Shown here piece by piece: positions 8,393 through 17,683 of a stretch of 34,028 nt of DNA. Each line of letters begins with the position of its first letter. Position 1 is the stretch's first letter. The DNA comes from Parachlamydiales bacterium (GTDB lineage: Bacteria > Chlamydiota > Chlamydiia > Chlamydiales > JAJFMK01): NCBI GenBank assembly GCA_963765145.1, contig CAVXVG010000025.1, forward strand, positions 1 to 34,028, given 5' to 3'. Both the position numbers and the translations under genes were made by a program. The notes below the pieces were generated by a model that saw nothing but the letters and a program-made list of their open reading frames with translations, was not told the origin of the DNA and ran no database searches.

Positions 8393-9604
8393 TTAATAGA
8401 GAAACCCTAGAAGGAAAAGGGGAATTTCGTTCTTTAATGGGAGAAGGATATCATCCTTCACGAGATATGAAGGTTCTTTTAACTCTTTCAATTGGTCGGA
8501 AGTTTTATTTTTTCCCCCAATTTCAAAAATTGTCTGACGTGTTCTGTAATCGGCTTGCTTGGAATAGAAAATTTCAGTTCCGCTATTTTGGAGCGATTGG
8601 ATAAAAAATAGCTCTCTCTCAATTCCTTTAGAAGGGTTTTGACCTAAGTATTGCTGCAGGGTATGGATCAAATTGGTGTTATTTAAAAGGATTTTTGCGG
8701 GTTTTCTTAAGAGCGGACCTCCCCCTTCAAAAGGTCTCATTTCTCTGATCAAGCCAACCGCGGCCAAAATAGAGACATAATGTTCGACTGTCTTAGAATC
8801 GATCCCCAAATTTTTGGCTAAACAGTGCGTATTAAGCTCTCCCGGCGGTATGGAGGCAAGATAGGTCAAAAGCTGCTTAAAATAGTGTAGATTTGGGGTT
8901 TTTAAATTGTAATAGTTAGCGATGTCCTCAAACACTGTTTTATCAATGACTCTTGAGACTTTTTCATAGTAAGAGTGGGGATCTTCAAAAACAAAGGGGT
9001 AGTAACCCATTTTTAAAAAATCTGCAAAATGAGGAAGGATTCTTTCGACGCCTTTTAACTGCTTCAAAGAACCGGCCGTATCTTCCAATATCTCCTGCAG
9101 TGGAATCGGCTTTAGATCCGAACCCATCGTAAAGTTAAGATATTCCCTAAAAGAAAGCCCATGTAGACGAAATAATTTGGCTCGTCGAGACAGGTCATGG
9201 CTATCCTCTATCAGATCTAGCATAGAACTGCCGGAAAACACGATTTTTAGAGAAGGAAATGCGTCGTAGAGGTTTTTTAACTCTTGATTCCACCCGTGGT
9301 ATTTATGGATTTCATCTATAAAAACGATTTGATACCCCTCCACTAAATGAAGGTCACTAACAAATTTCAAGAGGGTCGTTTGTTGAAAATAGATGAGATC
9401 GGCAGAGAAATAAAAACTTTTACCCTCTTTAGAAAGCTCATTCTTAATGTATTGCAACAATAGAGTCGTCTTCCCAACACCGCGAGGCCCGACAAGGCCG
9501 GTCAATCGATTTCTTAAGTTAAAAAACGGGTAAAGATACCGAAAATGGGGAAAGGTGACACTTTCGAGTAGTCGATGAAAAGTTTCTTGGATGAATCGGC
9601 ACAT
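8393..9604 (-). CDS. AAA+ superfamily ATPase (AAA_14/DUF4143-like)
   Basis: Walker A GPRGVGKTT, Walker B VFIDEIHKY, FSGSS, LSRRA, GLSFREYL and a C-terminal FEIGGKNK. Confidence 0.9.
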   Translation of the reverse strand: MCRFIQETFHRLLESVTFPHFRYLYPFFNLRNRLTGLVGPRGVGKTTLLLQYIKNELSKEGKSFYFSADLIYFQQTTLLKFVSDLHLVEGYQIVFIDEIHKYHGWNQELKNLYDAFPSLKIVFSGSSMLDLIEDSHDLSRRAKLFRLHGLSFREYLNFTMGSDLKPIPLQEILEDTAGSLKQLKGVERILPHFADFLKMGYYPFVFEDPHSYYEKVSRVIDKTVFEDIANYYNLKTPNLHYFKQLLTYLASIPPGELNTHCLAKNLGIDSKTVEHYVSILAAVGLIREMRPFEGGGPLLRKPAKILLNNTNLIHTLQQYLGQNPSKGIERELFFIQSLQNSGTEIFYSKQADYRTRQTIFEIGGKNKTSDQLKELKEPSYLVKDDILLPLKNEIPLFLLGFLY

Positions 9605-9606
9605 AT

Positions 9607-9655
9607 GGAGTGTACTCCCAATTTTTGCCCATTAATTTGGAGTGTACTCCAAATT
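9607..9655. promoter_or_regulatory. Paired palindromic operator-like sites GGAGT-GT-ACTCC immediately upstream of the AAA ATPase
   Basis: GGAGTGTACTCC at 9607-9618 and AATTTGGAGTGTACTCCAAATT at 9634-9655. A third copy lies at about 10525-10545. Confidence 0.55.
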
Positions 9656-9716
9656 GGCTAATTTGTCACGGCAGCAAATTGTTTATGTGAAGGGATATCA
9701 CCAAAAAAACCCTTTG
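9631..9716 (+). repeat. About 85-bp imperfect direct repeat, copy 1 (copy 2 at 10522-10606), flanking the MNT-HEPN module
   Basis: Shared ATTAATTTGGAGTGTACTCCAAAT...CTAATTTGTCACGGCAGCAAAT..TTTATG.GAA.GGA.ATC.CCAAAAAAA(C)CCTTTG. Confidence 0.85.
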
Positions 9717-9862
9717 ACAATTCTAATATTGACCGACTTGCGATCGTTCAACCGCGAGAGCTTTCGCGTTTGTCAGAATGGGATTTTCAACTAGAGGATT
9801 AACTGCTTTATGATGCAATTAATTGAGTTCTTCAAGAAAATAAGAACGGAAAGAGGCTATCT

Positions 9863-10168
9863 ATGAAAAAAATTTATCACCCAATCCCCCTCGGAGAAGT
9901 AACCCTGTTTTGTCAAAAACATTATATCGAAAAAATGTCTCTATTTGGGTCAGTTTTAACCCCACAGTTTGGGCCAAAAAGCGATGTGGATTTCCTGGTT
10001 AAATTTAATAGAAATCACATTCCAAGCCTTTTCGATGTTGTAGATATGCAGGAAGAGCTTTGCCAAATTGTTGGTCGCCCGATTGATTTGGTCACCGAGA
10101 AAAGTCTCAGCCATTTTTTTCGTGAAGAAGTTCTGAACCAAGCTTTGAATATCTATGAGAAACCGTGA
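9863..10168 (+). CDS. Minimal nucleotidyltransferase antitoxin (MntA-like)
   Basis: LFGSVL..QFGPKSDVDFLV (GS-x10-DxD) and GRPIDLVT. Overlaps the downstream HEPN gene. Confidence 0.9.
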   Translation: MKKIYHPIPLGEVTLFCQKHYIEKMSLFGSVLTPQFGPKSDVDFLVKFNRNHIPSLFDVVDMQEELCQIVGRPIDLVTEKSLSHFFREEVLNQALNIYEKP

Positions 10169-10498
10169 CCACGCTCGCTTGGGCCACATGCTTGAAAGTG
10201 CTCAAGCTATCTAAGCTATATTCAAGGGAAAAGGCGTCAAGATCTTGATCAAGATAGACTTCTACGCGCAGCCATTACAAGAGAATTCGAAATTTTAGGT
10301 GAGGCCGCTAATCAGATTTCTGAAAATACAAAGAAATGTTTTCCAAACATCCCTTGGAAACAAATCATTGGGATGAGAAATCAGTTAATCCATGTTTATT
10401 TTGAGATAGACTACGAAATTGTCTGGGAAACAGCTTCAAAAGAACTCCCTCAGCTATCTTTAATGCTAGAAAAAGCAATTCAAAATCTTTTAACGTAA
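10155..10498 (+). pseudogene. HepT/DUF86 HEPN RNase toxin, frameshifted at about 10211 (absent from the ORF track)
   Basis: Manual translation gives MRNRDHARLGHMLESAQAI / LSYIQGK...REFEILGEAANQIS...FPNIPWKQIIGMRNQLIHVYFEIDYEIVWE...LLT*, with the R-x4-H-x-Y HEPN motif. One base restores the frame, so it may be a sequencing error. Confidence 0.85.
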
Positions 10499-10521
10499 TC
10501 CATTGAATGGGAGCTAGATGG

Positions 10522-10606
10522 ATTAATTTGGAGTGTACTCCAAATGGACTAATTTGTCACGGCAGCAAATCTTTTATGCGAAAGGAGATCGCCAAAAAAA
10601 CCTTTG
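10522..10606 (+). repeat. About 85-bp direct repeat, copy 2, overlapping the 3' end of ORF 10549-10896
   Basis: Matches 9631-9716 with few substitutions. Confidence 0.85.
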
Positions 10607-10896
10607 TGGACACGGCTTTTGACAAGCTCGATCTCGTCATCGATCACATCGAGGAAATAGAGCTTATGCTGCAGCTGGATTTGCATAGGGAAAAGGTCTC
10701 TAACGGAGGCCTTTTTGTCCAAGATATTCAGTGAAAGCTTGTGGAGTTGATCCTTTTCTACCCGAATTTCCTCTTGTAGCTTCTTTTTTTCTTCTTTTAG
10801 GAGGGCAATTTCCTCCTTTTGCTCAGCTACCCATGCCTTCTCTTCTTTCACTGTTGGATTGACAACCAAAAAAAGTGCACATAAATAACTAATCAT
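10549..10896 (-). CDS. Hypothetical coiled-coil protein with a short hydrophobic N-terminus
   Basis: 115 aa with E/K-rich heptads. AAGGA RBS upstream on the minus strand. Confidence 0.7.
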   Translation of the reverse strand: MISYLCALFLVVNPTVKEEKAWVAEQKEEIALLKEEKKKLQEEIRVEKDQLHKLSLNILDKKASVRDLFPMQIQLQHKLYFLDVIDDEIELVKSRVHKGFFGDLLSHKRFAAVTN

Positions 10897-11064
10897 TTTC
10901 GTCCTTTTTTAAAGAAGTGGAAAACTAATGATACCATATTTTCGACTAAAAATCGAGCAGTTGAGGGATGGTGACATATTACATTAACCAAGAAGGACTT
11001 GTCGAATCTTTATTATAATTTTAAAAGAAAGAGAGATAATATTTACTTAAAAGGAGAAAATGCC

Positions 11065-12024
11065 ATGTCTACAAATGCAATTACGGGGAATAGGCAGGGG
11101 CACTCTAAACCCACACCTCACGAGACGCTCTCTACCGGACTTTTAGCTCTTACCACGTGTATTGCTCTTCTGACCAATTTCTCATCCTTTCGACAAAACG
11201 CCTCTGTCGCTCTTCGCTCACTAGCCCTTATGTCTTCTTTGATCAAATTAAAGAATAATTGGGCAAAAGAAGGAAATGCAGGAAAAACGGCACAGATTGC
11301 AAAAGTTTTCGCAGTCGCTTTAGGATTGGCTGGAATCAAAAAAGCCTCCGTTCCCTTAATTAAAGCTTCTGTTATAGCCAATATCGCTACTCATATCTTT
11401 GAAATGGGAAATGCTTTTTATCAGAAAGAATATCTCAAAGGCAGCAGCCACTTACTGTCGACCACTTTAGACACCTCAGTTTTAGCAGCTCTTACGACGT
11501 CATCCCCTGTTGTCAAAGCGTTGTCATTTTATACTAATCTGGCAGCCATGGTGTTTTTTGCTATCAATGAGGCCGCGCTCTTTGATAAAAAAATAAAAGA
11601 GCATGCGTCCTCTCCCATACCACCATTACATCACTGCATTCAAATGGTCTGTTATGGGATTTTGGCAGCTAACAGCTGTGTCAACCTAATCACAACACTC
11701 CCTTACAAAACAAAAAAAGTCCTATCCGGACATTTTTCAGGCACAAACAATCAAACAAGCGACTTAACTATCTATGGTAGTAAAGGGAAGGTGCAACAAG
11801 TCGTTAAACCTGGAGGGTCGTACTCTTTTGACATAAAAGGTCAGGCACAACTATTGGCAGTACGTCTTATTAAGGGAAGACCTCGCGGTTTTCGGCTCAA
11901 AGCAACATCTATTGACACAGCAATTACTTATGAAAAGCCCTCTTTAACTGCAGGTCAATTTGCCACCTTCCCTGTCGGAAGGAATGTGATTGTCACGGGC
12001 AACCTCGAAGGACTCAATGAATAA
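11065..12024 (+). CDS. Hypothetical membrane-associated protein (possible secreted or inclusion-membrane-like)
   Basis: AAGGAG RBS before ATG 11065. S/T-rich N-terminus and several hydrophobic segments; no family recognised. Confidence 0.7.
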   Translation: MSTNAITGNRQGHSKPTPHETLSTGLLALTTCIALLTNFSSFRQNASVALRSLALMSSLIKLKNNWAKEGNAGKTAQIAKVFAVALGLAGIKKASVPLIKASVIANIATHIFEMGNAFYQKEYLKGSSHLLSTTLDTSVLAALTTSSPVVKALSFYTNLAAMVFFAINEAALFDKKIKEHASSPIPPLHHCIQMVCYGILAANSCVNLITTLPYKTKKVLSGHFSGTNNQTSDLTIYGSKGKVQQVVKPGGSYSFDIKGQAQLLAVRLIKGRPRGFRLKATSIDTAITYEKPSLTAGQFATFPVGRNVIVTGNLEGLNE

Positions 12025-12055
12025 GTAAGAAAATATGAAACAGAGAAGAAAATAA

Positions 12056-12082
12056 AAAAGGGCGGGTAAAACCCGCCCTTTT
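12056..12082. terminator. Bidirectional rho-independent terminator
   Basis: AAAAGGGCGGGT-AAA-ACCCGCCCTTTT between convergent genes, downstream of rpsI. Confidence 0.9.
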
Positions 12083-12105
12083 CGCATGAAATTGTGTTCG
12101 TAATT

Positions 12106-12495
12106 CTAACGTTTAGAGAATTGGAACCGCTTACGTGCGCCTTTGAGGCCGTATTTTTTACGTTCACGCTTACGTGGGTCACGTGTAAGGAACCCTTTTG
12201 TCTTGAGATCTGTACGACGCTCGCCTTCTTCACCTACAAGAGCACGTGCAATGCCGAGACGAGTTGCAATCACTTGCCCTTCAATCCCACCACCACGAAC
12301 CGTAACGATAAGGTCGTAGGTTCCGACTTTGTCGATCTCTTTAATAGGAGCTAAGATGGTGTCTCTTTGAATGGCCAGAGGAAAGTAGACTTCAAATGCT
12401 TTACCATTCACTTTAACTTGACCGTTGCCTGGACGGAGTCTAACCGAAGCTACAGCTGTTTTTCTACGGCCTACGCCGATCGTTTCTGTGATCAT
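12106..12495 (-). CDS. rpsI: 30S ribosomal protein S9
   Basis: [19 protein letters not shown] and [27 protein letters not shown]. Confidence 0.99.
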   Translation of the reverse strand: MITETIGVGRRKTAVASVRLRPGNGQVKVNGKAFEVYFPLAIQRDTILAPIKEIDKVGTYDLIVTVRGGGIEGQVIATRLGIARALVGEEGERRTDLKTKGFLTRDPRKRERKKYGLKGARKRFQFSKR

Positions 12496-12503
12496 ATTTT
12501 ACC

Positions 12504-12953
12504 TTATAGCTCGACGGGGATAGGATTTTGTGCCTGAAGATCATGTTTGTCACCTGCGAAGAGGCGAAGACGTGTCATTTGGCGAGGAGTCAGCCTGTTA
12601 GAAGGCATCATGCCATTAACAGCCCGTCTTAAAATTTCAGTTGGATGTTTTTGCCGCATCACTTTGTATGGAATCTCTTTCATCCCACCGATCCAGCCGG
12701 TATATTCGCGGTAGATCTTTTGAGCAGGCTTTGCGCCTGTGAGGTGGACATCCCCGGAGTTCAGGACAATAACGCCATCACCACAGTCGGTAGATGGAGT
12801 ATAGTCTGGGCGGTGTTTACCACGCAGCACTTTGGCAATTTCACACGCCAAACGGCCTAACGTCTTGCCAGAGGCATCGATTAAAAACCACTTAACTGGA
12901 CGCGTGTTCGGCTTAAGAAGTGTCGTTTTGTTTTGTTTACTTTGTTCGCTCAT
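12504..12953 (-). CDS. rplM: 50S ribosomal protein L13
   Basis: WFLIDASGKTLGRLACEIAKVLRGKHRPDYTPSTDCGDGVIVLN and AVNGMMP. Directly upstream of rpsI. Confidence 0.99.
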   Translation of the reverse strand: MSEQSKQNKTTLLKPNTRPVKWFLIDASGKTLGRLACEIAKVLRGKHRPDYTPSTDCGDGVIVLNSGDVHLTGAKPAQKIYREYTGWIGGMKEIPYKVMRQKHPTEILRRAVNGMMPSNRLTPRQMTRLRLFAGDKHDLQAQNPIPVEL

Positions 12954-12996
12954 AATAAATACTAGAATACACCAGAAACTGCAAGAAGCATACCGC

Positions 12997-13467
12997 TTAC
13001 TCGATTTTTTGCATAGCTTGAACTACGATCTCCTGTCCATGGGCCTTATTCTTCCCGTGGATCACCAGCACGCTAAACAGTGCTGCAATCACTAAAAGAC
13101 CAACTCCCCCATGGTAAAGGCGGAATTTAGCAGGAGATGGCAACGAGCCTCCGGCCACCCCTTTTTCAATAGCCGAACCAAGTAAAAGATCGATCACGAT
13201 CAATAAAACAGAGGCAGTCAACTTCATATGGAGCCAGCCAAGCGACTTACCCAAGTCGGCCATCGTCAATAAAATCGCTCCAAATGAAAGGGCCAGCACT
13301 AAAGAGGGCAACCCCACAAAGAGGTACATCCGACGAAGTAAAGGAAGCAGCTCTCCCATCGCTCCGCTTGATAGTTTTTTTCGATAACCAAGAAGGCGAG
13401 TGAGGGCAAGAAGGTTCCCAATCCAGATCAAGAGAAAGAGAAGGTGGAGAAGTTTGATGTATTCCAT
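12997..13467 (-). CDS. hemJ: Protoporphyrinogen IX oxidase HemJ / CopD-like membrane protein (start reassigned to ATG 13467)
   Basis: YIKLLHLLFLLIWIGNL and WLHMKL motifs with four TM segments. Confidence 0.72.
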   Translation of the reverse strand: MEYIKLLHLLFLLIWIGNLLALTRLLGYRKKLSSGAMGELLPLLRRMYLFVGLPSLVLALSFGAILLTMADLGKSLGWLHMKLTASVLLIVIDLLLGSAIEKGVAGGSLPSPAKFRLYHGGVGLLVIAALFSVLVIHGKNKAHGQEIVVQAMQKIE

Positions 13468-13516
13468 AAAATTAGCTAACATTAACGCTAAAAATCTGAC
13501 AGACCGCAAGAAAAAA

Positions 13517-14842
13517 ATGGTAAAAAAACCCAATCCCCAATCTTTTTACATCCGCACCTATGGCTGCCAGATGAACGAGCTCGACAGCGACCTTATGGCC
13601 GGCGTCCTGCAAGAAAGAGGGCTGATCCGAAAAGATAATGAAGATGATGCCGACCTACTCCTCTACAACACCTGCTCCGTTCGTGATCTTGCAGAGAGAA
13701 AAGTGATGGGCAAGCTGGGCAGAATGGGGCGCCGTAAACACAACAATAAAATCATTGGTGTGACCGGCTGCATGGCCAATAACAAAAAGGAAAGTCTGTT
13801 CTCCAAGCTCCCAAACATCGATTTTATCTTGGGAACCAACAATATCCATGACCTAAACCCAGTACTCGACGAACTGTTAGGAACAGGAGAACAACAGATC
13901 CGAACAGATGGCACCTTCACTCACGAACTCGACTATTCAGTCGTTGACCGGGCCGACCCCCTAAAAGCCTATGTGACCATCATCCGTGGCTGCGACAAGT
14001 ACTGCACCTATTGCATCGTCCCCTACACCAGAGGCCCCGAGGTCTCGCGAGAGCCAAAAAGTATCGTCGACGAATGTCGCGAACTTGTAGCCAAAGGGAC
14101 CAAAGAAATCACCCTTTTGGGCCAAAACGTCAATAGCTACGGAAAAGACAAACCTGAATGGGGTGTTTTATTTCATGATCTATTGTACCAATTGGATCAA
14201 ATCCCCGGCCTTGAAAGGGTCCGGTTCATGACGTCCCACCCTTGCGACATCTCATTAGAGCTGATGCAAGCGGTCAGAGATCTCCCCTCACTTTGCGAAC
14301 TGGTCCACTTCCCTATCCAAGCAGGCTCCAACCGGATTTTGAAGAAAATGCACCGGATGTACACCAAGGAAGAATACTTCGAAAAAGTAGCCACACTGCG
14401 CAGTTTAGTGCCCAATGTCTCGCTTGGAACCGACATCATCGTTGGCTTCCCGACTGAAACAGAAGCAGAATTTGAAGAAACCTACCAAGCTATTGAAGAG
14501 ATCGGCTTTTCGGTCTCTTTCATCTATGCCTATAGCCCAAGAAAAGGGACGCCTGCAACCCGTTGGGCGGACGATGTGCCCGATGCTGAAAAACAGCGCC
14601 GCCTCCAAAGGCTGATGGCCCTGCAAGAGATGTTCTACATTAAAGACCGTGAAAACATGCTCGGCACCACCATAGAGGTGCTTGTTGAGAAACGAAACGC
14701 CAAAGAAAGTCAGTACCTAAAAGGGCTTACACGCTGCTGGAAAAACGTTTTATTTGCCGGCGACGATAATCTCATCGGCACTTTGCAAAAAGTAAACGTC
14801 CACTCGATCTCGCACCACACCCTAATTGGAAACAAAGAATAA
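13517..14842 (+). CDS. miaB: tRNA-2-methylthio-N6-dimethylallyladenosine synthase (start reassigned to ATG 13517)
   Basis: TYGCQMNELDS, NTCSVR, GCMA, radical-SAM CDKYCTYC, GQNVNSYG, TDIIVGFP and a C-terminal TRAM-like region. Confidence 0.97.
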   Translation: MVKKPNPQSFYIRTYGCQMNELDSDLMAGVLQERGLIRKDNEDDADLLLYNTCSVRDLAERKVMGKLGRMGRRKHNNKIIGVTGCMANNKKESLFSKLPNIDFILGTNNIHDLNPVLDELLGTGEQQIRTDGTFTHELDYSVVDRADPLKAYVTIIRGCDKYCTYCIVPYTRGPEVSREPKSIVDECRELVAKGTKEITLLGQNVNSYGKDKPEWGVLFHDLLYQLDQIPGLERVRFMTSHPCDISLELMQAVRDLPSLCELVHFPIQAGSNRILKKMHRMYTKEEYFEKVATLRSLVPNVSLGTDIIVGFPTETEAEFEETYQAIEEIGFSVSFIYAYSPRKGTPATRWADDVPDAEKQRRLQRLMALQEMFYIKDRENMLGTTIEVLVEKRNAKESQYLKGLTRCWKNVLFAGDDNLIGTLQKVNVHSISHHTLIGNKE

Positions 14843-14869
14843 GTCTTGCTTGAAAAAGATCGCCCAATA

Positions 14870-14899
14870 TGATATCAATAAGATATCATATTGATATCA
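14870..14899 (+). promoter_or_regulatory. Putative TA autoregulatory operator: three (T/A)GATATCA boxes at 11-bp spacing
   Basis: TGATATCA 14870-14877, AGATATCA 14881-14888 and TGATATCA 14892-14899, overlapping a TATGAT -10-like hexamer just upstream of an RHH antitoxin. Confidence 0.7.
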
Positions 14900-14915
14900 C
14901 TCAAAAGAGAGTCCT

Positions 14916-15161
14916 ATGGAAAAAAGACAAGAGCAAAAAACTCAAGATTTCCTCATTCGAGGAGTCCCAGCAGATGTACTAAATCTCCTGCAACAATTAG
15001 CCAAAGAAAATCATAGAAGCAAAACCCAAGAGGCCATCGTCATTCTATCTGAAGGTGTAAAAATGCGCAGCGGGACTGTGAAACAGCCAAAACCTTTTGC
15101 ATGGAAAACGAAAATAAGCAATGAATTCATACAGAAAGCGATTGACGAAGGTAGAGAATGA
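14916..15161 (+). CDS. Ribbon-helix-helix (FitA/Arc-like) antitoxin
   Basis: FLIRGVPADVLNLLQQLAKENHRSKTQEAIVIL and a C-terminal IDEGRE. ATGA overlap with a PIN toxin. Confidence 0.85.
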   Translation: MEKRQEQKTQDFLIRGVPADVLNLLQQLAKENHRSKTQEAIVILSEGVKMRSGTVKQPKPFAWKTKISNEFIQKAIDEGRE

Positions 15162-15607
15162 TTATTGCCGACACATGCCTTGTCGTCCATTTATTCAATG
15201 AGACTGAACTCACTGAAAAAGCGCAAGAAATCTTAGCCATTGATCCAGAATGGATTCTCCCCACTCTCTGGCGTGAAGAATATGCAAATGTTCTTTCTAA
15301 AAAAGCGAGGAAAGAACAAAAGGAATCTTCTGAGGTCATTGAATTTCTGACTTTCACAATAAACGAACTAAAACACTGCGAACATCATGTAGAAATCCAA
15401 AAAGCCCTCCAAATCTCAATAGAAAAAAAGATTAGCGTGTATGACGCTCACTTTATTGCACTTGCCGAACGCTTCCGAGAGCCTATGATCACAGAAGATC
15501 AGGAAGTCATTAAAAAATGCCCTGCAATAGCAATGAGAATGGAAGATTTCATCCTTCATCACAAAACAAAGAAATCTAGGGTCGTTTCCAGAAAAAACAC
15601 TCAATAG
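15158..15607 (+). CDS. vapC: PIN-domain (VapC family) toxin
   Basis: MIIADT, E..NVL, ISVYDAHFIALA and ITED acidic PIN motifs. Confidence 0.88.
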   Translation: MIIADTCLVVHLFNETELTEKAQEILAIDPEWILPTLWREEYANVLSKKARKEQKESSEVIEFLTFTINELKHCEHHVEIQKALQISIEKKISVYDAHFIALAERFREPMITEDQEVIKKCPAIAMRMEDFILHHKTKKSRVVSRKNTQ

Positions 15608-15657
15608 CATCTTGCATGACCGCAATCCCCTGGGCACGAGCAGAGATCGGCTGCTTT

Positions 15658-15707
15658 TTGACATTTAAATCAGTTTAGACTAGTTTAAATTATAGACCAG
15701 TTTAAAT
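15658..15707 (+). promoter_or_regulatory. Putative promoter/operator of the second TA pair
   Basis: TTGACA at 15658-15663 and direct repeats TAGAC(T/C)AGTTTAAAT at 15676-15690 and 15693-15707, ahead of the GGAGAGG RBS. Confidence 0.6.
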
Positions 15708-15718
15708 GGAGAGGAACT

Positions 15719-15961
15719 ATGCGTCAGTTCGGAGCCTTTGAGGCAAAAACACATTTTTCAGAGCTGCTTGCAGAGGTCATCAGTGGAGAAAGAATTGTAA
15801 TTACCAAGCATGGGAAACAGGTCGCGATGATCGTTCCTTATATCCAAGAAGAAACGGACTCTATCCAAGACGCCATAGAGTCAATAAAAAAACTTAGAAA
15901 AGGGACAACCCTAGGAAAAGGACTTTCCATCAGAAAGATGATGGAGGAGGGAAGAGCATGA
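15719..15961 (+). CDS. Phd/YefM-family antitoxin
   Basis: GAFEAKTHFSELLAEV..GE.IVITKHGK.VA.IVP. ATGA overlap with the toxin. Confidence 0.92.
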   Translation: MRQFGAFEAKTHFSELLAEVISGERIVITKHGKQVAMIVPYIQEETDSIQDAIESIKKLRKGTTLGKGLSIRKMMEEGRA

Positions 15962-16386
15962 AAAATAGTGGGTATGATTTTGTGCTCGACTGCTCAGTCA
16001 CAATGGCTTGGTGCTTTGAAGACGAGGGAAATGAAAAAACAATGGACGTTCTACAAGCACTCAAATCTTCTAAAGCAATAGTCCCCTCCCTTTGGCCGCT
16101 TGAAGTTTCTAATGTTTTGCTGATTGCAGGACGCAAAAAAAGGGTAACAGAACTACAGGCAGCAAGATTCATCGATGCCTTGGCCTCATTACCCATTGTT
16201 GTGGATCAAACAACTGCCTCAAAAGCGATGCACTCTATTTTTTTATTAGCAAAAAAAACAGACCTCACTGTTTACGATGCAGCCTATTTAGAGTTAGCCA
16301 TTCGAGAAGAAATACCCCTCGTTACTCTCGATGCTCAATTGATAAAAGCTAGCAAAAAGATGGGTGTACCTGCTTTTTCATATTAA
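15958..16386 (+). CDS. vapC: PIN-domain (VapC family) toxin
   Basis: FVLDCSVTMAWCFEDE, VPSLWPLEVSNVL, LTVYDAAYLELA and LVTLD. Confidence 0.92.
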   Translation: MKNSGYDFVLDCSVTMAWCFEDEGNEKTMDVLQALKSSKAIVPSLWPLEVSNVLLIAGRKKRVTELQAARFIDALASLPIVVDQTTASKAMHSIFLLAKKTDLTVYDAAYLELAIREEIPLVTLDAQLIKASKKMGVPAFSY

Positions 16387-16475
16387 GCGGTAATTCCTAA
16401 TCGTATATTTGTAGGTGCTTTTCTTAAATTTTTGGTTTCGCCACACTCCTTGCAATTTAAATCTAAGGAAAAATC

Positions 16476-17679
16476 ATGAGCAGTCTTTTTGGAGTAAATC
16501 CATCTTTAACCCCTCAAACTTCTGGGGGAACGCCTTCTTACACTAAGTTAACCAAAGTGGAAGTCTTTGCTGAGCTAAAAAAAAATATCTGCTCGGTAAC
16601 AATAGATGGGACTAAGTCAAGTGGCTTCTTTCTCAGCAATGATGTTGCGATTTCCACCTTCCATTCTGCCACCGGAATGTTCATGCATCACCATACGAAC
16701 GGCAAGGTATCGGTTGATAATGAAGCCATTTCTGTCCGATATGACGGAGAAGGCTCTGCGGGTTCTGTTTACTATGCGGATCATGAACCTAAAGATATGC
16801 TCGAGAAGTCGATGCAACTCGATTTGTTAGGCATTAAGGTGGAAAACACGAAGGACAAGAAGGTTTTTCCACTGATCGACTTTGAATTGAAAGAGGGGAT
16901 GACTGTCTATTATGGCGGATTTCCGCTCTCTCAAAATGTTGTTACTCTGCACAAAGGGACAATTTCTTCCATTGACTCGACAAAAGATGGTGTAAACTAT
17001 TTCACAGTTGACGGAACCGTGGTTCCAGGAAATTCTGGAGGACCTGTTTTAGTTCAAAAAGATTATGAGCTATATCTTGCAGGCGTGATGGTGGCTGAGG
17101 TGGCAGATCTGAGACCCGGAGTTTCATCCAAGGAGTTCGACTTTTAGTTTCTTAGCGGATCAAGATTCCCTCGGGGATCAAGATGAGATGGAATATAGTG
17201 ACGGAACTTTTCAAACATTCTCCAGAGATCAACAGATGATGCAGGCCATTCTGCAGATTCAAAAAAACATCTCCACAGGCATAGGCAAGGCTATTGACGC
17301 TAGAGCCATTCAACTTTTATTCGATAAGAAAGTTGGTCCAATACACGCAAAAGACTCTGCAGATGATATTCAAGTTGGAAAAAAGAAAGACGCTGTCCGA
17401 AGGACTTATGGGGAAACAGCCTCTAACTGCTCTAAATACAGAGAATTAGCGGCTAGCGGAAAAGGACCAAGAGCGATCCGCGTAAACATTGATGGTAAAC
17501 CCAAAGAGTATAAGGTTAAAAATCCGCATCAAGGAAAAAACTACAACAAATACCAAGGAAATTTTTATTTAGCAGCTGCTGAGGCAATCGAGGCCGCCTA
17601 TTTAAAAAACAGCAGCACATTCGTTCCCACCCTTGTATTCAACTTTGATTCTGATCAGCATGAATTGGAGACAAGGTAA
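16476..17679 (+). CDS. Trypsin-like serine protease with C-terminal extension, split by an apparent frameshift near 17110
   Basis: SSGFF, STFH (catalytic His), LDLL (Asp), GGFP and VVPGNSGGP (Ser). The frame of ORF 17188-17679 is open back to 17113 (DPEFHP...), so the two ORFs are probably one gene. Confidence 0.8.
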
Positions 17680-17683
17680 TTAA

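Noticed and set aside
8122..8604. 160-aa plus-strand ORF (also 6599-6874, 7180-7377, 7287-7469)
   Set aside because: Antisense shadows of pheT and the AAA ATPase.
9631..10606. Integron cassette (attC) or prophage att interpretation of the TA-flanking repeats
   Set aside because: No integrase in the window and no clear RYYYAAC...GTTRRRY attC structure. Kept only as a direct-repeat observation.
13400..13533. Long overlapping N-terminal extensions of miaB (from 13400) and hemJ (from 13533)
   Set aside because: Family similarity starts at ATG 13517 and ATG 13467, which leaves a normal 49-bp divergent gap.
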